The translations under genes were made by a program, and so were the position numbers. Of a stretch of DNA of 64,000 nt, positions 60,899 to 64,000 are shown one piece after another. Below the pieces are notes generated by a model, which made no database searches, had not been told where the DNA came from, and saw only the letters and a list, made by a program, of their open reading frames with translations. Every line of letters begins with the position of its first letter. Positions within the stretch are counted from its first letter, which is position 1. The DNA lies in the sequence record MN563784.1; one strand, 5' to 3'.

Positions 60899-63010
60899 TT
60901 AAAACCGCATATATGCGGGCTGATATGGTTTATACATACGTGTATCAAAGTCATTAAAATCAATTGCGATATCATACTTCTCAAATGATTCTTTTAGCAT
61001 CTGATAAATGATTTTATTTTCATCAAAATTATTATTTTTATCAACATAACTTTCTAATGACTCTGTGATCTCAAATGGAGATTTAATACCCATAATAGCT
61101 TCAACCATTGCCTGACTCCATTTTAGAATGTCATCTGACCTTGTTGAGATATTCGGTTCATCTTCTGTATCGAGAGTACATTGATATACGACTGTTTGTG
61201 AATCCTGACCTTTACGGTAAATTCGAGCAATAGCTTGTTCTAGAATGTAATGCCTAAACGGTGAATTAATTGTCACCATAGTATCAGCCATCGTCATACG
61301 GACCGCTGTTGAAAGGGAAGCATATGTAGCTACCAATGGATTTAATTTAGGGTCTTTCTCAAATCTACTGATTATTTGAGGTAAATTGTCATTGGTTTTA
61401 CCATACACCACCGCCGGATGCATACCTAATTTATTGGTGTACTTATCAACAGTATCAACAACCTCAACAAACGATGTAAATGCAATCGTTTTCTTCATAG
61501 TTGATTCAGTGATACCAACCCAGTCAATATACGGTACCATGTCCACATGGCACTGAATGCGTTTAGCACCTAAAACCCTTCCCAAACATTCACCTTGTAT
61601 CTTTAGCATAACGTATTTTATAACTGATTTAATATCTCTAAAAGCAGCTATTTCATTACGAGGTAAAGTTGGCTCTATAAACATTTTTTCATATTGGTTA
61701 GATTCTTTAATTTCTTCACCAATGTATCGCGGGTCTTGATTCTTCTGAATTATTTTAATCAAATTCTTATAGCGAGCGAAACCATCTTTCTGCGCCTGGG
61801 TCTTAAGAGAGTTCTCATGTATCGCCATTAGTTTAGCCCAATACTTCTCATCTTCTGGTCGGCGCGCAGCATAGAACTTTACACGTTCTCTAATAAAAGC
61901 TTCACAATCACGTTTAATGGCATTAAGAGTATACTGTGATCCATTTGGTATCTTGATACGATACGCTTTTATCCTCGGTGGTAAAACCTCAGTATCTTTC
62001 TTTTCAATGACGTACGCAATTAACCCAAAGCGATGTTGGACAATATCTAATCCTTTCTGTGTCTCTTTTCCAAATGCTTTCTTAAAACGTTCTTCAACCT
62101 CATTGGTGAAGAGATCGTCTAATACTCTTAATGCACTTACTAATTCAGAACCAAGTGCTTTAACAGGGGTACCTGACGCTAATAATCTGTTATTAGAGTT
62201 AGACATAAAACATATTTGCTGGAACTTAAGAGATTGTGCAGAATTAGGATCGTTCATATTGTGTGATTCATCCAGAATCACCGTAATGTTCTTACCTTTG
62301 AATATACCGCTTCTTAATAGATCAATTATTTTATCTTGCGCCTGGTAATGGGATATAAGTATTCTTTGACCGTTGTAGGCTTTATCATCAATGGTCGACC
62401 ATACTTTTTGTCTTTCCTTATACATCTCAATAATAGATGGCTTCCATATTAGATCAATAGACTTCTTTTCACAAACAACTATAATGATATCCGACTCAAC
62501 CATTTCAGCAATAGCCATCGTCATGAATGTCTTACCAGTACCAGGTTTACCTGCAACAATATCACCACGTAAACCATACTGGTCAATTCGATAATTATAA
62601 TTTTCAAAATAAGCTTTTTGAGACTCATCTGGTGTAAATGTCAATTTGTCTAACATCTTGAAATTGAGTCTACCTGGTACAGAGTTGGTATCTACAGGAC
62701 GAGTATTTTTTAACCAGGTATATTGAAGCATTGCTTCACGGATGGCATTAACAGTTTTAATAGAGATGTATCTACTTCTATAATTCTTTACTGCTTCTAG
62801 CATGTAATATATTTCAGGAGCAAAGAATTTATAAAATGAAATACTACGACGACTAACCGTGTTAAATAACTGCGTAGCTAATTTAGTGGTTCGCCAATAC
62901 TTGTTAATATCTCTAATGAATGCAGCACCATCAAAACCACTGATGATAATTTCTTGATCAGTTTCAGTAATTGATAGCGAGCCCATTAGCTTCCTAAATG
63001 AGTCTATCAT
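60899..63010 (-). CDS. SF2 (SNF2-like) helicase (gp203-like)
   Basis: GKPGTGKT, LDESH, ASGTP, QAIARIYRKGQ motifs; 703 aa. Confidence 0.88.
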   Translation of the reverse strand: MIDSFRKLMGSLSITETDQEIIISGFDGAAFIRDINKYWRTTKLATQLFNTVSRRSISFYKFFAPEIYYMLEAVKNYRSRYISIKTVNAIREAMLQYTWLKNTRPVDTNSVPGRLNFKMLDKLTFTPDESQKAYFENYNYRIDQYGLRGDIVAGKPGTGKTFMTMAIAEMVESDIIIVVCEKKSIDLIWKPSIIEMYKERQKVWSTIDDKAYNGQRILISHYQAQDKIIDLLRSGIFKGKNITVILDESHNMNDPNSAQSLKFQQICFMSNSNNRLLASGTPVKALGSELVSALRVLDDLFTNEVEERFKKAFGKETQKGLDIVQHRFGLIAYVIEKKDTEVLPPRIKAYRIKIPNGSQYTLNAIKRDCEAFIRERVKFYAARRPEDEKYWAKLMAIHENSLKTQAQKDGFARYKNLIKIIQKNQDPRYIGEEIKESNQYEKMFIEPTLPRNEIAAFRDIKSVIKYVMLKIQGECLGRVLGAKRIQCHVDMVPYIDWVGITESTMKKTIAFTSFVEVVDTVDKYTNKLGMHPAVVYGKTNDNLPQIISRFEKDPKLNPLVATYASLSTAVRMTMADTMVTINSPFRHYILEQAIARIYRKGQDSQTVVYQCTLDTEDEPNISTRSDDILKWSQAMVEAIMGIKSPFEITESLESYVDKNNNFDENKIIYQMLKESFEKYDIAIDFNDFDTRMYKPYQPAYMRF

Positions 63011-63075
63011 TGCATTTTTCCTTAAGGGGTATGTAAATATAACTCTAAGTCATAAGATTAGCTAACGAATAAAAA

Positions 63076-63280
63076 TACGCACAGTGCAATGATATAGAGC
63101 AAGGCAGTTTGCGTAAAACGCACTGTACTTTAAGGGGGTGATCCAGTCGTAAATAAACCGGGGTACTAAAGTATCGTCAGGAACGACACGAACCCCAACT
63201 ACGGTGCCTTGCTACTCACCGACCTCTAGATAGGGGTCGGACCTATTACATTAAAGGAGCCCACCAGGGGCTCCTTTATG
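63076..63280 (+). ncRNA. Candidate structured, pseudoknotted ncRNA
   Basis: ORF-free island, 98/200 G+C by hand count over 63081-63280. At least six helices. G-U pairs favour the + strand. Ends in a terminator. Confidence 0.55.
63252..63278. terminator. Terminator hairpin
   Basis: TAAAGGAGCCC-ACCAG-GGGCTCCTTTA perfect 11-bp stem. Confidence 0.8.
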
Positions 63281-63306
63281 CCATTCATTATAAATTAATT
63301 TAAATC

Positions 63307-63314
63307 TATATTAC
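63307..63314 (+). promoter_or_regulatory. Early (vRNAP) promoter
   Basis: TATATTAC 46 nt upstream of the 63361 ORF. Confidence 0.65.
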
Positions 63315-63360
63315 AGGATTACCATAAAGATATTTATCCTTTTATAATGAGGAAAAGATT

Positions 63361-63756
63361 ATGTCCGATATTAATAGCACCAATGTAACAGATGAATTAG
63401 TACCTTATTTTCCATCGGCGGATGCCATTACTAGTTCTACTATTAGGGATGAAGTAATTCCTAATATTTTGTTATTCTACAAGAATGCTTTTAGTGACTT
63501 CCAACACGTTAGTAATATCACAGGTACTAACCAGATTGCATCAGGTTATTTACCAGGTGTAGGTTATTATTTCGAGTATAGTGTTACCGGTAATGCTAAT
63601 CTTATTCCACCTGAAGCAATTAAAGTATTACGTAATGTAATCACTAAAAATGGATATAAAGATGACATTACCATCACACCAAAAGGTTTTGGCCTAATCA
63701 ATTGGTTCATTGTGAGAGTATACGTAGATGAGCAAATTAAGAAGACTACTCAATAA
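63361..63756 (+). CDS. Early hypothetical protein
   Basis: 131 aa, GAGG RBS. Confidence 0.75.
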   Translation: MSDINSTNVTDELVPYFPSADAITSSTIRDEVIPNILLFYKNAFSDFQHVSNITGTNQIASGYLPGVGYYFEYSVTGNANLIPPEAIKVLRNVITKNGYKDDITITPKGFGLINWFIVRVYVDEQIKKTTQ

Positions 63757-63904
63757 AGAATTAGAAAAAGAGTTAGTTAAAAAACTAGATTTTCTAGAAC
63801 GTGATTTTAGAGCTATAAAAGAAGTTATCAAAACTGGAAAATATCCTGATCCTGTTAATCCGAATCGCAGACAAAGTGATTATGATTTATCTTTTAATAA
63901 TTAA
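63728..63904 (+). CDS. Small 58-aa protein absent from the ORF track
   Basis: Hand translation MSKLRRLLNKELEKELVKKLDFLERDFRAIKEVIKTGKYPDPVNPNRRQSDYDLSFNN. Fills the gap between same-strand genes. Confidence 0.5.
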   Translation: MSKLRRLLNKELEKELVKKLDFLERDFRAIKEVIKTGKYPDPVNPNRRQSDYDLSFNN

Positions 63905-63920
63905 CCTATAAGAGGATGCT

Positions 63921-64000
63921 ATGGAAATCACATTTCCATCTGTAAAAGAAGTAATGACAACTGATCCAGCATTTATTGATTTGGTTCTGAAAAGTAAATT
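63921..64000 (+). CDS. Hypothetical protein, 3'-truncated by the window end
   Basis: AGAGG RBS then ATG GAA ATC..., open to the end of the window. Confidence 0.6.
   Translation, partial: MEITFPSVKEVMTTDPAFIDLVLKSK

Noticed and set aside
63076-63213. Firm call as HDV-like/theta, hammerhead or c-di-GMP riboswitch RNA
   Set aside because: Helix order fits HDV but the L3, P1.1 and J4/2 residues do not. The minus-strand CTGACGA lacks the downstream GAAA of a hammerhead. ACGCACAG.GCAA lacks the rest of the c-di-GMP-I motif.

Overview
This window is a mid-genome segment of an AT-rich, nucleus-forming jumbo phage very close to Pseudomonas phage phiKZ. Gene order and protein sizes match what I recall for phiKZ gp145 to about gp205. 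The gp numbers I give are positional equivalents from memory, not database hits. The window encodes a collagen-like tail fibre, four fragments of the split virion RNA polymerase, RecA/UvsX, RNase H, a probable spanin pair, inner-head proteins, a PAAR/central spike pair, an SbcC/Rad50 ATPase, the head maturation protease, a giant tail lytic transglycosylase, thymidylate kinase, a DEDD exonuclease, an SF2 helicase and many small early genes behind TATATTAC promoters. Four observations stand out. (1) A Tad1-like immune-signal sponge domain is fused behind an N-terminus carrying the S-L-E head-protease motif, which suggests a virion-delivered anti-defence protein. (2) A GC-rich, pseudoknotted ~200-nt ncRNA candidate with its own terminator lies at 63.08-63.28 kb. 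(3) The vRNAP beta-prime gene has no intron, and its catalytic DFDGD codons show a sharp synonymous G/C spike. (4) A 159-nt degenerate tandem copy at 24.6-24.8 kb has the signature of a sequencing artifact and corrupts one ORF. I found no tRNA, rRNA, CRISPR array or mobile element.
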